64,000 nucleotides of DNA from Chiloscyllium plagiosum (Eukaryota). The translations under genes were made by a program, and so were the position numbers. Shown in pieces: positions 23,446-37,450 of this stretch (positions are counted from its first letter, which is position 1; each line of letters opens with the position of its first letter). The notes beneath the pieces are model-generated. The model had not been told where the DNA came from, searched no databases, and worked only from the letters and a program-made list of their open reading frames with translations. The DNA lies in assembly GCF_004010195.1 (NCBI RefSeq), contig NC_057755.1:10456954-10520953 (forward strand), read 5' to 3'.

Positions 23446-25014
23446 TCAGGACCATTTCAAACACGTTGTGTGGCATTAACACAGCCAACAATCTACGTGA
23501 AGGTGAGAGTGAGAATTTTAACATCCATTCTTCAATGTATCTCACCCTACTCTCCAATCTGACAGGTACCTCTCAGCATCTGTAACACCTTATTGTCACT
23601 TGACGCATTTAGTTATGACATCTTCGTTCGTTGGTAATTATCATTGAATTATGCTCAAGTTCCACTGTGTTCAATCGCAAAAAAAAGGGTTTTTTGTTTT
23701 CTGGGTGGAATTCAGCTGATAGCCTTGTTTGATTTTGAGAGCGCATCTTAATTATTATTCCCTTATTAACGTCAACGATTGGAGGGGTGGCAGTGACGCC
23801 TATTTGGGTAGTTGCGTCTTCCTCAGTTAAATTTTCATTCACTAATGCATTGTAAAACTTTGGAATATTTCAGCAGTATTTCTGAATGTGTTCATGATGT
23901 CTATGATGGTGCCTGAGTAAATGAGATTATGGGAGAAAGTGTTGCGTTGGACTATGTAGCTCGGCAAAGGCTTAGGGTGGGTGAGGTTATTAATTAATTT
24001 GGTATGGTGGCGAACACAGAGATGTGGATAAATAATGAGGATGATACCTGTGCTGTGCATGATCTGTGAAGTCTGGAATATTGTTTGTGATTGTGTGTCC
24101 ATGTGGGGCAGGTGCTAGTTAGATTTGGTTGCAGGTGGATCACCTCTCAAAGCAGTGGGGAAGTGTATTAAGTTTGTCATGTTGCTGATGAAATTGAGTG
24201 CTCTGGCTTTCCATTAAGGTAACAAGAATGCAGGTGATCAGGAAATAGGTTCTCAAATTACTTGGTTAGACAGGCTTCAGTTGGGTAGGAAGACAAAACA
24301 GAGAATGGACTGGATAACATCTCTAAACATGTTTGTTGACGCAAAATGTTGATAACTTGGTGCTGGGAGCTGTTGTGGTACAGTGGTCATGTATGTCCCG
24401 CCGATGCAGATTCAAATCCCATATGATCCAGAAGTTGTGATAACCTCTCTGAACAGGTTGTAGATAGAAAAAAAAACTACATCAAAATTAAGTGCATGAA
24501 ATCACTTAAGGATCAATTGTTTCGCCTTGCATTGTTTTGTACACAAAGTAACAGTAATTAACTACATTAGCTGAGGAAGTTTACTGAAGTAAATAAGATC
24601 TGCCCAAGGGACTGGAAATGATTGTTTTTAAAATTCCTTTGAGGGATGTGAGCGTCGCAGGCTGGGCTATTCTTTATTGCCCCTACTTTTAGTTGTCCTT
24701 GAGAAGGTGGTGATGAGCTGCCTTCTTGAACCACACTGGTCCACCAGCTGTGAGTTGAACCATAATATTAAAGTGGATGTGCCAGTGTTGGACTGGGGTG
24801 TACAAAGTCAGAAGTAATGTGACATCGGGTTTATTTGAAATTACAAGCTTTGAACCCCTGCTCCTTCATCAGACCAAACAAACCTGTTGGACTATAACTT
24901 GATGTCATGTGATTTCTGAGTTTGTCCGAATATTGATGCAATATTACAGCTTCACTCAACACTTATCACTGAAAAGAGAATACAGTGAGTTAGATTGGAA
25001 GCTAGAACGCAGGA

Positions 25015-27730
25015 CAAGCAGACTATTAATCTCAGCATTGCTACTAGTGCCATTTGCTAGTGAGGCTAGGAACAGAGAGTGAGTGCAAATGAACACGTGG
25101 CTAAAGGACTGGTGTAGGATGGAGAACTTCAGATATATGGATCATTGGGATCCGTCCTGGGGAAGGTGGACAGGTTGCATCTGAACTGGAGGGATTCCAG
25201 TGTTATTGGCAGGGTGTTCAGGAGAGTTTCAATAATTTCGGAGATAGGAACCTGAGGTATGGATCAGATGATGGAGTAGGTAATGAACAGCCAGATACAG
25301 CATGCAGAGTCTGCGAAGAAGCATAAGCACTTGAGGTGGCAACGGTGAAGTCAGTGTGACGGGGTGAACGCTGTCTATTTTAATACAAGATCTATCACGA
25401 ATAAATGTGACGAAATGAGAGCAAGGATCATTAATTGGAACCAAGATATAGTGGCCATTACGGAGACTTGGATACCACAGGGCAGGAATTGCTGTTGGAT
25501 GTTCCAGGATTTAGATGTTTCAAAAGGATCACAATTCTCTGACCTTTAATAACCAATGGAGAGGAAAGGGGCAGATGGTATGGGGAAGTATTTAATTGGG
25601 GGAGGGGGGATTACAATGCTAATAGGCAGGACTTGGGACACTTAAATTGGGAACAGATGTTCATAGGGAAGTTCATACAGAAATGTGAAGTTTATTTAGT
25701 AAGCACTTGCTGATTGTGCTGGATAGGTTTATCCCAAGAAGGAAAAATAAGGACGAGAACTTGAAAGAACTTTTGATGACAAGGAATGAGGTACAGCTAG
25801 TCAAGATGATCCAAAAAGCTTACTCAAGCTTGAGGAGGCAAGGATCAAATTGGGCTTTAGAGGGTGACAAGATAGCCAGGAAGGAACTGAAGAATGGACT
25901 TAGCAGAGCTCGAAGGAGGCATGACAAAGCTTTAGCGGGTAGGACTAAGGAAACTCCTAAGGCATTCTTCACATGTGTGGAAAAAGAAGATGAAGGTCGG
26001 TCTGATCAGGGATAATAGTGGGAACTTGCGACTGAATTCCAAGGAAGTAGGGGAAGTCGTTAATGAAACATTTGCTTCAATATTCACTTCTGAGAGCTAC
26101 CTTGACATTTCTGAGGGCAGAATGAACCAAACTGATATGCTAGAACATACCAAAAAAGGGTGATGTGCTGAACATTATGAAAAACTTAAGCATCCATAAA
26201 TCCTTTGGACCAGAAAGGATATACCCAGTTTTACTACAGGAAAGAGGGAAGAGATTGTTGCACCTTTGGTGATCATCATTGCTTCCTCACTGTCCAGTGA
26301 AGTAGTACCAGATGTTTGGAGGATGGCAAAAGTTATTCCCTTGTTCAAGAAAAGAAATAGGGACACTCCTTGAGAATTGCAAACCAGTCAGTCTTACGTC
26401 AGTGGTTGGGCAAAATATTGGAGAGGATTCTGAGGGACAGGATTTATGGTTACTTGGAGAACCATATTATGATTAGAGATAGTCAGTGTGGCTTTGTGTG
26501 GAGCAATTCATAACTCACAAAACTTAATGAATTATTTCAGGGTGTGACAACATACATTGATAAGGTAGAATATTGATTGGTGTGGACTTGGAATTTAGCA
26601 AGGGATTTGATGCAGTTCCACATAGGAAGCTCATTCAGGAAGTAAGGAGGCTTGGAATACAGGGAAACCTATACATCTGGATACAAAATTGAGTGTTTCA
26701 TAGAAAACATAATGTGATGGTAAATTGAAAGTATTCAGCCTGGTGTTTGGTGATCAGTGGTGTTACACAGGGATCTGTTCCAGGACCTCTGCTCTTTACG
26801 ATTTTTTTAAACGACTTGGATGAAGTGGAAGGGTGGGCTAGTAAATTTGCTGATGACACGAAGCTTGGCGAAGTTGTGGGTCATGTGGAGGTCTGTTGTA
26901 GGTTGCAACAGGTTATAGAGAGAATGCAGAACTGCACTGATAAGTAGCAGATGGAGTTCAATCTGGAAAAGTGTGAAATCATTCACTTTGGAAGGTTGGA
27001 TTTGAACGCAGAATGCAGGGAGAAAGTCAAGATTCTTGGAAGTGTGGAGGAACAGAGGAATCTTGGAGTGCACCATGTCTATAGGTCCCTCGAAGGGGTA
27101 TGGTATGTTGTCTTTCATTAGCAGGGAGATTGAGTTTAGCAGCCAGGGCTATGCTGCATCTCTATAGTGCCCTGATTAGATTACATTTGGAAATTGTGTT
27201 TTATTCTCTTCGCCTCATTATAGGAAAAACAAAGAAGTTTTACAATGGGTACAGAGGGGTTTTAACAGGATGCTTCCTGGATTTGAGGGAATGTCTTATG
27301 AACAAAGGTTGAGGGAGCTATGGTGTTTCTAATGGGAGCGAAGAAGGATGGGAGGTGACTTGATAAAGTTGTAAAAGATATTGAGAGGCATAGATAGAGT
27401 GGATATCCAAACACTTTATCCCAGGGTGGAAATGGTCATTAAGATGGGTTGTAATTTTAAGGTGATTTCAGGAAGATTTTTGGGAGATGCAAGAGGTAGG
27501 ATCTTTACACAGAGAGTGGTGGGTGCATGGAATGCAATGCCAGCGGTGGTAGTAGATTCGGAGGCTTTAGGGACATTCAAACGACTCTTGGATACATTCA
27601 TGAAAGATAGTACGATGAAGGAAATATAGGATACTCTGATCATAGAGTAGGATAAAAGGCCGGCACAACGTCGAGGGCCAAAAGGCCTGTATTACGCTGT
27701 ATCGTTCTAAGTTAACATTGTATGTTCTAT
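25015..27730 (+). mobile_element. Long degenerate CR1 LINE (ORF1 esterase end, endonuclease start, RT, 3' UTR) with internal deletions
   Basis: NTWLKDWCRMENFRYMDHW (ORF1), YFNTRSITNK...DIVAITETW (endonuclease), SGVTQGSVPGPLLF...KFADDTK (RT), VGAWNAMP. Confidence 0.92.
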
Positions 27731-28394
27731 CGTGGAGTGTAATTAAATGGGAAAAACAAATTAATTATTTTCAAAATATTTTCCTTTTGAAACTATACAA
27801 CATTCGCTTTGTTGTATGAGGCATCACTTAAATGTGCCACTATTTGTAACTAGTCTACTAAAATAGTAATGAAAAGATTCCCCATGCACCAAACTACCCT
27901 ATTATCAATCCGATGTTTTAGAAAATATGACATTCGCTTCTTAGAATGTTTGAAAATTGACCTTTGTATGGCATTGGAAAAGAGAGCAATGATAATCCAG
28001 GCATCATGGGTACTACTACTGGTCATTGGTCGAAATGATTTACATTGGAGATTGACACAGCAGAGATGGGTGGTTACGAAAACAAGAAAAATAAAAAGGC
28101 TGAGAAGTCAAAAGTTTGTTGCATTTGATGTTTTATGATATCCAGATTAAATTCTTCTCTGTAATGTAGTCAAATGTTGGTGGTAGTTAGAGACAGACTG
28201 TGCACAACATGCTTTCAAAGACTGAAAGTATTATTGAGAAACATGTGCATCAATATCTGAATATCTGTCATATCAGATGGACAGAGTGGAAACTGCAGGA
28301 GTAATGGAAAGGAGAACATGCTTTCCTCACATCCAGCAGAATCCCAGCTTACACCATAAGCAGCATCAGTACATATTGAATACACTGTATTAAT

Positions 28395-30600
28395 GGAGAA
28401 AGTGAAGACTGCAGATGCTGGAGATCAGAGCTGAAAATGTGTTGCTGGAGAAGCCAAGCAGGTCAGGCAGCAATCAAGGAGCGCAAGAATCAACGTTTCG
28501 GGGATGAGCCCTTCTTCAGGAATGAGGAAAGTGTGCAAAGCAGGCTAAGATAAAAGGTACGGAGGAGGGACTTGGGTATGGGCGTTGGAAATGCGATAGG
28601 TGGAAGGAGGTTAAGGTGAGAGTGATAGGCCGGAGTGGGGGCGGGGGCGGAGAGGTCAGGAAGAAGATTGCAGGTTAGGAAGGTGGTGCTGAGTTCGAAG
28701 GTTGGGACTGAGAAAAGGTGGGGGGAGGGGAAATGAGGAAACTGGAGAAATCTGAGTTCATCCCTTGTGGTTGGAGGGTTCCTAGGCGGAAGATGAGGGC
28801 TCTTCCTCCAGCCGTTGTGTTGCTATGGTCTGGCGATGGAGGAATCCAATGACCTGCATGTCCTTGGTGGAGTGGGAAGGGGAGTTGAAGTGTTGAGCCA
28901 CGGGGTGATTGGGTTGGTTGGTCCAGGTGTCTCAGAGATGTTCTCTGAAACGTTCTGCAAGTAGGCGGTCTGTCTCCCCAATATAAATGAGGGCACATTG
29001 GGTGCAGTGAATGCAGTAAATTATGTATGTGGAAGCGCAGGTGAATTTGTGGTGGATATGAAGGATCCCTTGGGGCCTGGGAGGGAAGTAAGGGGAGAGG
29101 TGTGGAGGCAAGATTTGCATTTTCTACGGTTGCAGGGGAAGGTGCTGGGAGTGGAGATTGGGTTAGTGGGGGGATGTGGACCTGACGAGTGAGTCACGGA
29201 GGGAGGAGTCTTATCGGAACGCTGAACGGGGAGGGGAGGGAAATATATCCCTGGTGGTGGGGTCCGTTTGGAGGTAGCGGAAAAGACGATGGATGATACG
29301 ATGTATATAGAGGTTGGTGGGGTGGTAGGTGAGGACCAATGGGGTTCTGTCCTGATGGCGATTGGAGGGGTTGGGTTCATGGGCGGAGGAGCAGGAAGCG
29401 GAGGAGATGCGGTGGAGAGCATCGGCGATCACGTCTGGGGCGGACACAGTTACCTAGGGAGGGCACAGCTATCCCCCACAGCTACCTAGACTACACCTAA
29501 TCCCACCCAACCCCTGTAAAAACGCCATCCCATATCCCCAATTCCATTGTCTCTGCCGCATCTGCTCCCAGGAGGACCAGTTCCAATACTATACAACCCA
29601 GATGGCCTCCTTCTTCAAGGACCGCAATTTCCCTCCACTGCATCTCCTCCACTTCCCGCTCCTCCCCACTTGCTCCCTGCCCCTGCAATCGCTAACATGA
29701 CAGAACCCCACTGGTCCTCACCTACCACACCACCACACTCCATATGCATCATACCATCCGTCATCATTTCCGCCACCTCCAAATGGACCCCATCACCAGG
29801 GATATAGTTCCCTCCCCTCCACTATCATCGTTCCAAAAAGACCACTCCCTCCNNNNNNNNNNNNNNNNNNNNNNNNNNNNNNNNNNNNNNNNNNNNNNNN
29901 NNNNNNNNNNNNNNNNNNNNNNNNNNNNNNNNNNNNNNNNNNNNNNNNNNNNNNNNNNNNNNNNNNNNNNNNNNNNNNNNNNNNNNNNNNNNNNNNNNNN
30001 NNNNNNNNNNNNNNNNNNNNNNNNNNNNNNNNNNNNNNNNNNNNNNNNNNNNNNNNNNNNNNNNNNNNNNNNNNNNNNNNNNNNNNNNNNNNNNNNNNNN
30101 NNNNNNNNNNNNNNNNNNNNNNNNNNNNNNNNNNNNNNNNNNNNNNNNNNNNNNNNNNNNNNNNNNNNNNNNNNNNNNNNNNNNNNNNNNNNNNNNNNNN
30201 NNNNNNNNNNNNNNNNNNNNNNNNNNNNNNNNNNNNNNNNNNNNNNNNNNNNNNNNNNNNNNNNNNNNNNNNNNNNNNNNNNNNNNNNNNNNNNNNNNNN
30301 NNNNNNNNNNNNNNNNNNNNNNNNNNNNNNNNNNNNNNNNNNNNNNNNNNNNNNNNNNNNNNNNNNNNNNNNNNNNNNNNNNNNNNNNNNNNNNNNNNNC
30401 CTATCACCCTCACCTTAACCTCCTTCCACCTATCGCATTTTCAACGCCCCTCCCCCAAGTCCCTCCATCCTACCTTTTATCTTAGCCTGCTTGGCACACT
30501 TTCTTCATTCCTGAAGAAGGGCTCATGCCCGAAACCTCGATTTTCCTGTTCCTTGGATGCTGTCTGACCTGCTGCGCTTTTCCAGCAACACATTTTCTGC
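28395..30600. mobile_element. Two Penelope-like arms in inverted orientation (minus 28395 to about 29440, plus about 29440-30600, with an N-gap)
   Basis: YCIHCTQCALIYIGETDRLLAERFREHL (GIY-YIG) on the minus strand. The same 3' tail occurs at both outer ends. Confidence 0.9.
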
Positions 30601-30649
30601 TCGGTATTATTATAAATTTCCCTTCTGTCGTCAGACGTACCATAAAATT

Positions 30650-30820
30650 AACAAAGTTAAAATTCACACAACACCAGGTTATAGTCCAACTGGTTTAATT
30701 GGAAGCACACTAGCTTTCGGAGCGACGCTCCTTCATCAGTCACTAATGAGAGTTCAATTTGGATATGTGGGAAATTAAACCTGTTGGACTATAACCTGTT
30801 GTGTGAATTTTAACTTTGTT
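30650..30820. mobile_element. Palindromic short repeat with a hammerhead-like core (relatives at about 24780-24925 and 37560-37685)
   Basis: aacaaagttaaaattcacacaacaccaggttatagtccaac is mirrored at 30777-30820. Minus strand 30708-30739 reads CTGATGA-A-GGAGC-GTC-GCTCC-GAAA-GCTA. Confidence 0.7.
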
Positions 30821-31039
30821 ACTAATGAGAGTTCAATTTGGATATGTGGGAAATTGACAGGAATATCTTTGTATCAGCTATTTCGACAATCAGTAGGTCA
30901 AACATAGAAGCAAAGGCAGGTCCTTCAGTGCATCAAAGTGCACCACTGTTCAATGAAATAATGGCAGTTTTGGTCATCCTCTATTCCACTTCGTTGATAT
31001 TTTTCAGACATTACCATTGATACCCTGGATTTAAACATT

Positions 31040-31364
31040 CCCTACAAGTGGCAACAGACCATTAGGTGGAACAAGTCCACACTGACTCTTCAAAGAGTAT
31101 CCTACACAGACCCAATCTCCTTCCCTTTTACTTTACATTTACCCCTGACAAATGCACCTAACCTACACATCCCTGAGCACGAGCAGCAATTTCGATTGGC
31201 CAATTCGCCTAAACTGCACATCTTTGGATTTTAGTAGGAAACCAGAGCACCCAGATACGGGAAAATGTGCAAAATCCACACAGACAGTTGCCCAAAAGTG
31301 GAATGGTACCGGGATACCTGGTGCTATGAGGTTGCGGTGTTGATGAATGAGCCACTATGCCACC
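31040..31364 (-). mobile_element. HE1-type SINE (diverged)
   Basis: Reverse-complemented head gagccactatgccaccc and V domain. Confidence 0.8.
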
Positions 31365-31484
31365 CCTACTTCTGGAGTTTGAGGGAAGTGTGTACGGTGC
31401 CCATACATACACACATTTTATATTTACTTAGAGAAAAATGCTTTAAAAAGATAGCTTAAAGAGAGTCTAACTTTTCCATTTGTA

Positions 31485-32442
31485 CATAGAACATAGAACA
31501 TAGAAGAATACAGCGCAGTACAGGGCCTTGGGCCCTCGATGTTGCGCCGATCCAAGCCCACCTAAACTACACTAACCCACTATCCTCCATATACCTATCC
31601 AATGCCCTCTTAAATGCCCATAAAGAGGGAGAGTCCACCACTGTTACTGGCAGGGCATTCCATGAACTAACGACTCGCTGAGTGAAGAACCTACCCCTAA
31701 CACCAGTCCTATATCTACCCCCCCNNNNNNNNNNNNNNNNNNNNNNNNNNNNNNNNNNNNNNNNNNNNTTTCTTCCATACCAGGCAACATCCTGGTAAAC
31801 CTCCTCTGCACCCGTTCCAGTGCCTCCACATCCTTCCTATAGTATGGCGAGCAAAACTGCACACAATATTCCAGATGCGGCCGTACCAGAGTCTTATACA
31901 ACTGCATCATGACCTCAGGACTCCGGAACTCAATTCCTCTACCAATAAAAGCCAGTACGCCATATGCCTTCCTCACCGCACTATTTACTTGGGTGGCAAC
32001 TTTCAGAGATCTGTGTACATGGACACCAAGATCCCTCTGCTCATCCACACTACCAAGTATCCGACCATTAGCCCAGTACCCCATCTTTTTGTTATTCTTC
32101 CCAAAGTGAATCACCTCGCACTTAGCTACATTGTATTCCATCTGCCACCTTTCTGCCCAGCTCTGCAGCTTCTCTATATCCTGCTGTAACCTGCCACATG
32201 CTTCCTCACTGTCAACAACTCCTCCGACTTTCGTATCATCCGCAAACTTGCTTACCCAACCTTCTAACCCCTCTTCCAGGTCATTTATAAAAATGACAAA
32301 CAGCAATGGTCCTAAAACAGATCCTTGCGGAACACCGCTAGTGACGGCACTCCATGAAGAAACTTTGCCATCAACTACTACCCTCTGTCTTCTTCCATCC
32401 AGCCAATTCCTAAGCCAAACCTCCAACTCACCCTCAATGCCA
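31485..32442 (-). mobile_element. Young 5'-truncated CR1 LINE with an open RT frame
   Basis: Uninterrupted SGVPQGSVLGPLLF...FADDTK...RPHLEYCVQF from 32426 to the gap, with a (catagaa)n tail. Confidence 0.95.
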
Positions 32443-32659
32443 TCTAAAGCATACCACCACCATGGCTCTATCCCAGTCTCCCAGACCAGGCCATACTAGT
32501 TTCCTGTGGAATTTAGAAAGTTAAGGTGTGATCTGATCAAAATGTTCAAGACAATAATCGGAAAAGACAGGTTTGATTAATACAAGCGTTTTCCACTGGT
32601 TGGGGATTATAGAACTACAGGGCAGAACATTCAGGATAGAATGGCAGATGGGCTCACCT

Positions 32660-34590
32660 GTGACGATGCTGCTCCTTTATCAAGGTTATGATTCCTTTGT
32701 TTTTTTAAAGTGAGGTCATACAATATTCAGAATTAGAAATGTCTAAGTAGAAGGGTTTTAAAGCCAGTTTCATTATAGCTGACAGATACTTCCTCAGCTT
32801 TTTAAATATTTGAAGAAACACTTGTGCAATGAAAGGGGAGTTGTCATTTTTTCCAGCTCAGCTCCTCCTGGTTTGGTTTGGTTTTACCACAGTTAAAAAC
32901 GTTGTTGGATCCCAAAGAATCAGGTCCAGGCTGACCCTCCTCTCTCTCTGACTTCTCTACTCTAAGATCCTGGGTTTAAGTTTACCTTTTATATGCAGGG
33001 GTGCTTATGGGAATTGTTGCAAGCATTGGGAACAGCATCATTAATTTGGGATAATCTGTTGGGTTTACGGATAGGTAAAGATTTTTCTTATTCTGTTCTC
33101 TTTTGTTTGTGTTTCATTTGATAATCTTGTAAATAAATTTAATTTTGTTTAGAACTGAGTTGGTTGACCAGCTGCATCTCTCCGAAAGTCACAGAGTCAC
33201 TGCGATGTGCAGCATGGAAACAGACCCTTCAGTCCAACGCATCCATGCCGACCAGATAGCCTAACCCAATCTAGTCAAACCTGCCAGCACCCGGCCAATA
33301 TTCCTCCAAACCCTTCCTATTCATATACCCATCCAGATGCCTTTCAAATGTTGCAATCGTACTGTCCTTCACCACTTCCTCTGGCAGCTCATTCCACACA
33401 CGTACCACTCTCTGCATGAAAAAGTTGCCCCTTAGATCTCTTTTATATCTTTCCCCTCTCACCCTAAACCTATGCCCTCTATTTCTGGATTCCCCCACCC
33501 CAGCCCTTCATGTCTTTATAAACCTCTATAAGGTCACCACTCAGCCTCCAACGCTAGAAAGAAAACAGCCTTTGCCTATTCGTCTCTCCCTATAGCTCAA
33601 ATCATCCAACACTGGCGACACTCTTGTAAATCTTTTCCGAACCCTTTCAAGTTTCACAACATTTTTCCAACAGGAAGGGGACCACCATTGCGTGCAATAC
33701 TCCAAAAGTGGCCTAACCAATATCCTGTGGAGTCTTCTTAAACAGTGGCACCACGTTAGCCAACCTCCAGTTTTCCAGAACCTCACCTGTGAGTATCGAT
33801 AATACAAATAACTCAGCACGAGGGCCAGCAATCACTTCTCTGGTTTCCCACAGAGTTCTGGGGTACACCTGATCAGGTCCTGGGGATTTATCCACTTTTA
33901 TGCATTTCAAGACATCCAGCACTTCCTTCTCTTTAATATGGACAGTTTACAAGATCTATTTCCCTATATTCTATATCTTCCATGTTCTTTTCTCCAGTGA
34001 ACATTTATGCAAAATACTCGTTTAATATCTCTCCCATCTCATACAGTTCCACACAAAGACTGCCTTTGTGATCTTTGAGTATCCCTATTCTCTCCCGAGT
34101 TTCCCTTTTGTCCTTAATATATTTGTAAAAATGTTTTTCGATGCTTATTAACTCTATTTGACAAAGCTATGTTGTGTCTCCTTCTTGCCCTTCTGATTTC
34201 CTTCTTAAGTATACTCCTACTGCCTTTGTACTCTTCTAAGAATTCATTTGACTAATTTTGTTCATATCTGACATACGCTACATGTTTTTTTTTATTCAAA
34301 CCCTCAATTTTATTAGTCATCCAGCATTCCCTGCATCTACAAGTCATTCCTTTCAACCTAACAGGAATGTACTGTCTCTGGATTCTTGTTATCTAATTTC
34401 TGAAGGCTTCCCATTTTCCAGCCATCCCTTTACCTGCGAACATCTGCCATTAATCAGCTTTCGAAAGGTCTTGACTAATACCATCAAAATTCGCCTTCCG
34501 CCGATTAAGAACTTCAAATTTTAGATGTGGTCTATCCTTTACCATCACTACTTTCTTGAAATGTTTGAGAGGGTCTGGCCTGGTCCATGA
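32660..34590 (+). mobile_element. Solo LTR-like element (32660-33186 and about 34548-34590) split by a CR1
   Basis: Starts TGTGACG, has an internal AATAAA, and the distal piece ctactttcttgaaatgttt...tggtccat matches the end of the LTR at 176-230. Confidence 0.6.
33187..34547 (-). mobile_element. CR1 LINE, internally deleted
   Basis: KVDKSPGPDQVYPRTLWE, ANVVPLFKK, RPLLEYC, VWNELPEEVV. Confidence 0.9.
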
Positions 34591-34874
34591 ACTCACCAAT
34601 GACCTGTGCAGCTGGACCATATTCTTAATGTCCAGCTAATGAAAATAGCTTATTCATAAAATTTTATTTTTAATAATGCTTGTGGCTTTAATGAAGGTTT
34701 TAATTTCTTGTTGTTTATTTTATAGTTGTTCTTCGTTTCTGTGAATAAAACACGGAAAAGTTTAAATATTTCAGAATAATGTATTTATTTCTACTGCATA
34801 ACTTAATATTCCCTCACAATGAGAGTCCAACTCAGATTCTGAAACTCACACTCAGACACATACCATTTCTCTCT

Positions 34875-34881
<7 letters not shown>

Positions 34882-34939
<58 letters not shown>
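34882..34939 (+). repeat. (CT)n(CA)n compound microsatellite
   Basis: Directly visible. Confidence 0.95.
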
Positions 34940-34941
<2 letters not shown>

Positions 34942-35075
34942 CAGACATGTATTTATGCTGCCCCTTCACTCATTTTCCAATATACAACAGACACAGCCTG
35001 TTGAAAGCTAAAGAAAGGAGATGTAATAATCTAAAAGTAAACTCATTCTCATCAGTGAACATGCTAGCTTCAGTA

Positions 35076-35380
35076 GGCGTCATGGTGGCTCAGTGGTTAG
35101 CATTTCTGCCTCCCATTACCAGCGATACAGGTTCAATCCTTGCCTCGGCTGACTCTCCGTATGGCGTTTGTGCATTCTCCCTGTATCTGCGTGGGTTTCC
35201 TCCAGGTCCTCTGATTTTCTGGTGCAGGACAGTTGAATCGGCCATGCTATATTGCCCGTAGTGTTAGGAACATTAGTGAGGGGGAAATATGGGGAATGGG
35301 TCTGGGTGGATTACTTTTCGGAGGTTCGGTGTGGACTTGTTGGGCCGAAAGGCCTGTTTCCATACTGTAGGGCATCTAAT
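35076..35380 (+). mobile_element. HE1-type SINE
   Basis: ggcgtcatggtggctcagtggttagca head and gggccgaaaggcctgtttcc tail. Confidence 0.85.
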
Positions 35381-35399
35381 ATAAAATGTACATTTTACT

Positions 35400-36560
35400 C
35401 TTGCAAGTTGTTTCAGTTAAGCTGAAGTTATTAAACTGCAAATTAGTCTTCCATCTGGCTATCTATGACATTTGACAGTCTGCTAATATATATATACACA
35501 ATGATCAATATCCAAAAGTTAGGGATTCAGGGTTAATGCTACCTTTAGGCACATAACAATTTGCTTGAGGCTCAACGGCAAATGGAAGCAGAAATTGACA
35601 CTTGGACATTTCCGATGGAATTTTGTAAGAGACCAACATTTGGTTTAAAAATCTCGATTTAAAAGTGTACATTATGTTCAGGTCGAGTTCATAGTCAAGC
35701 AGTTACAATAGGAAGCGCTTGGGCTGATTGAGCTGAATGTCATCATTGTAATCACAGTATTGATTTTAACGTTATTTAATAACTTATCTTTATACAGGAT
35801 GTCTATTATAAATAGATGACCCTGATTGCTCCTGATAATATGAGACATCAATCATAGAAAAGGTTGGAATACATGAAATAAGAATCACATTGCAGAAGTA
35901 GCATTTAACAGACAAAACAAAAATCCTAACATAAACTCAGGTGTTAGAATGCAACATTTGCACCAGGACTTTGAAGGAAGTAATACTGTACATTTTTTTA
36001 ATTTCCTGGTAATCTTAAATTTCATGAAATGGAAAGAACCCAGTGCTGTCGAGTCAGCATATTTTGCTGCAGTGGCAACGTTTAATGATTAATTGTTGCC
36101 ACCATCCAGCAAGTAATCAAGTTCTGAAACTGACACAGGAAATGGGACACAACAAACGTTTTAACATTATCACAATGCAAACAGAAAGACAGTTCCATTA
36201 AATTACATTTCTCAGAGTGGAGGCGGCCTTCAGGTTCCTGTGAATAAAGCTTGTTACTGATAATCATGTTCACAGAAATCCTAATCACGATCACATTCGT
36301 TACATATTAACAAAACATTATGCATTAGGGAGAGCCACGTTATACCATTGTTCTCTAAAACAACTTTACTGAACAATGGCAGACAAACTGCGTGCCATGT
36401 GCACGTTCATACAGTCTGACAGGATTGTGCAGGGAACATAGCATTCCAGATTTTCAGCCTAATTTACTGGCAATAAGGTTCCACATTCCTTGATGATAAA
36501 AATTTGAATTCAATAAATCCACATGAATTTGGTTAACAAATGAGGATAATAATGAGTATT
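35400..36560 (+). repeat. Old segmental duplication, copy A (copy B at about 52165-53725)
   Basis: Collinear matches: ttaaactgcaaa, acaatgatcaat, aagagaccaacatttg, cttgggctgat, attgctcctgataat, atttctcagagtggagg(c/t)ggccttcag, tactgataatcatgttca, gatgataaaaatttgaattcaa. Confidence 0.88.
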
Positions 36561-36749
36561 ATAGAACTCTATAAAACTGTCTCCATAATATCCCTTAGTG
36601 AAGGACATCTGCCAGCCATATATGGTCTGGCTGATCAACATATCTAGAAACAAAAGAATGTGGCTGAATCTGTTGGGTCAAAACTCTGCAGCATCTATTG
36701 AAAATAATTAAACTCAATGAATTGACGGCTGTCAACAGAGCTCCTGGAT

Positions 36750-37450
36750 CTACCCTGGAAATCACTCATTACGAGCCTTTGTCAAAGTTGGCAGAGGTGT
36801 CCCACAGACGCGGCAAAGAAAGGCCTGTTATATCCATTAAGACTGAATCCTATCTGACAGGTATGTTAGCAAACACCACCATTCCTGAGCATGATTCCGC
36901 CCAGTGCCAGGAGTGACCCTCCTGAGGAGTTGCTACTCCACTCTGGAATCGGGAGTGAGCTGCCCAGCGATTCCTATTTGTGGATTCGGAGACACGTGAA
37001 ATCTGATGGAAGGAAACCTTTTCCTAATGACAGTCTACACCCCCAACAATCTGCCCCCATCTGTCCCCATACTTTTCCATGTTATACAACAGCTGGAGGC
37101 AGCATGAAGGGCTATTGGAAGGGACTTCAATGTCCATCAGCAAACGTAGTTAGGGTGGCAGCATGATGGATGGGCTGTCCAATTTCCAGGCTACACAAGT
37201 TGCCAGTGGAAGTTATTGAGAAGAGAAAATAAGTGGATTAAATCAACTATGAAAGTTGCTGTCACCGTGATATCCAGGAAAGTATTGGTTAATCTGGAGC
37301 ACCATACTGTCCTTGTGACAATGACAGCAAGTCTTCACATTTACCATTCAATCTGGAAAAACATTGTGTCACTCCCACCCTGATAATTAGGGCAAACCTT
37401 CAACAGATCAAGAAAGGCGAGACTGGGCATCATGAGGGGCTCAGAAAAAC
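36750..37450 (+). mobile_element. Very degenerate LINE endonuclease region
   Basis: LSKLAEVSHRRGKERPVISIKTESYLT...TTIP resembles the N-terminus of an APE endonuclease. Confidence 0.5.

Noticed and set aside
31644..32426. Domesticated or active reverse transcriptase gene
   Set aside because: It is a 5'-truncated CR1 copy lacking the endonuclease and the first RT motifs. The open frame reflects young age.
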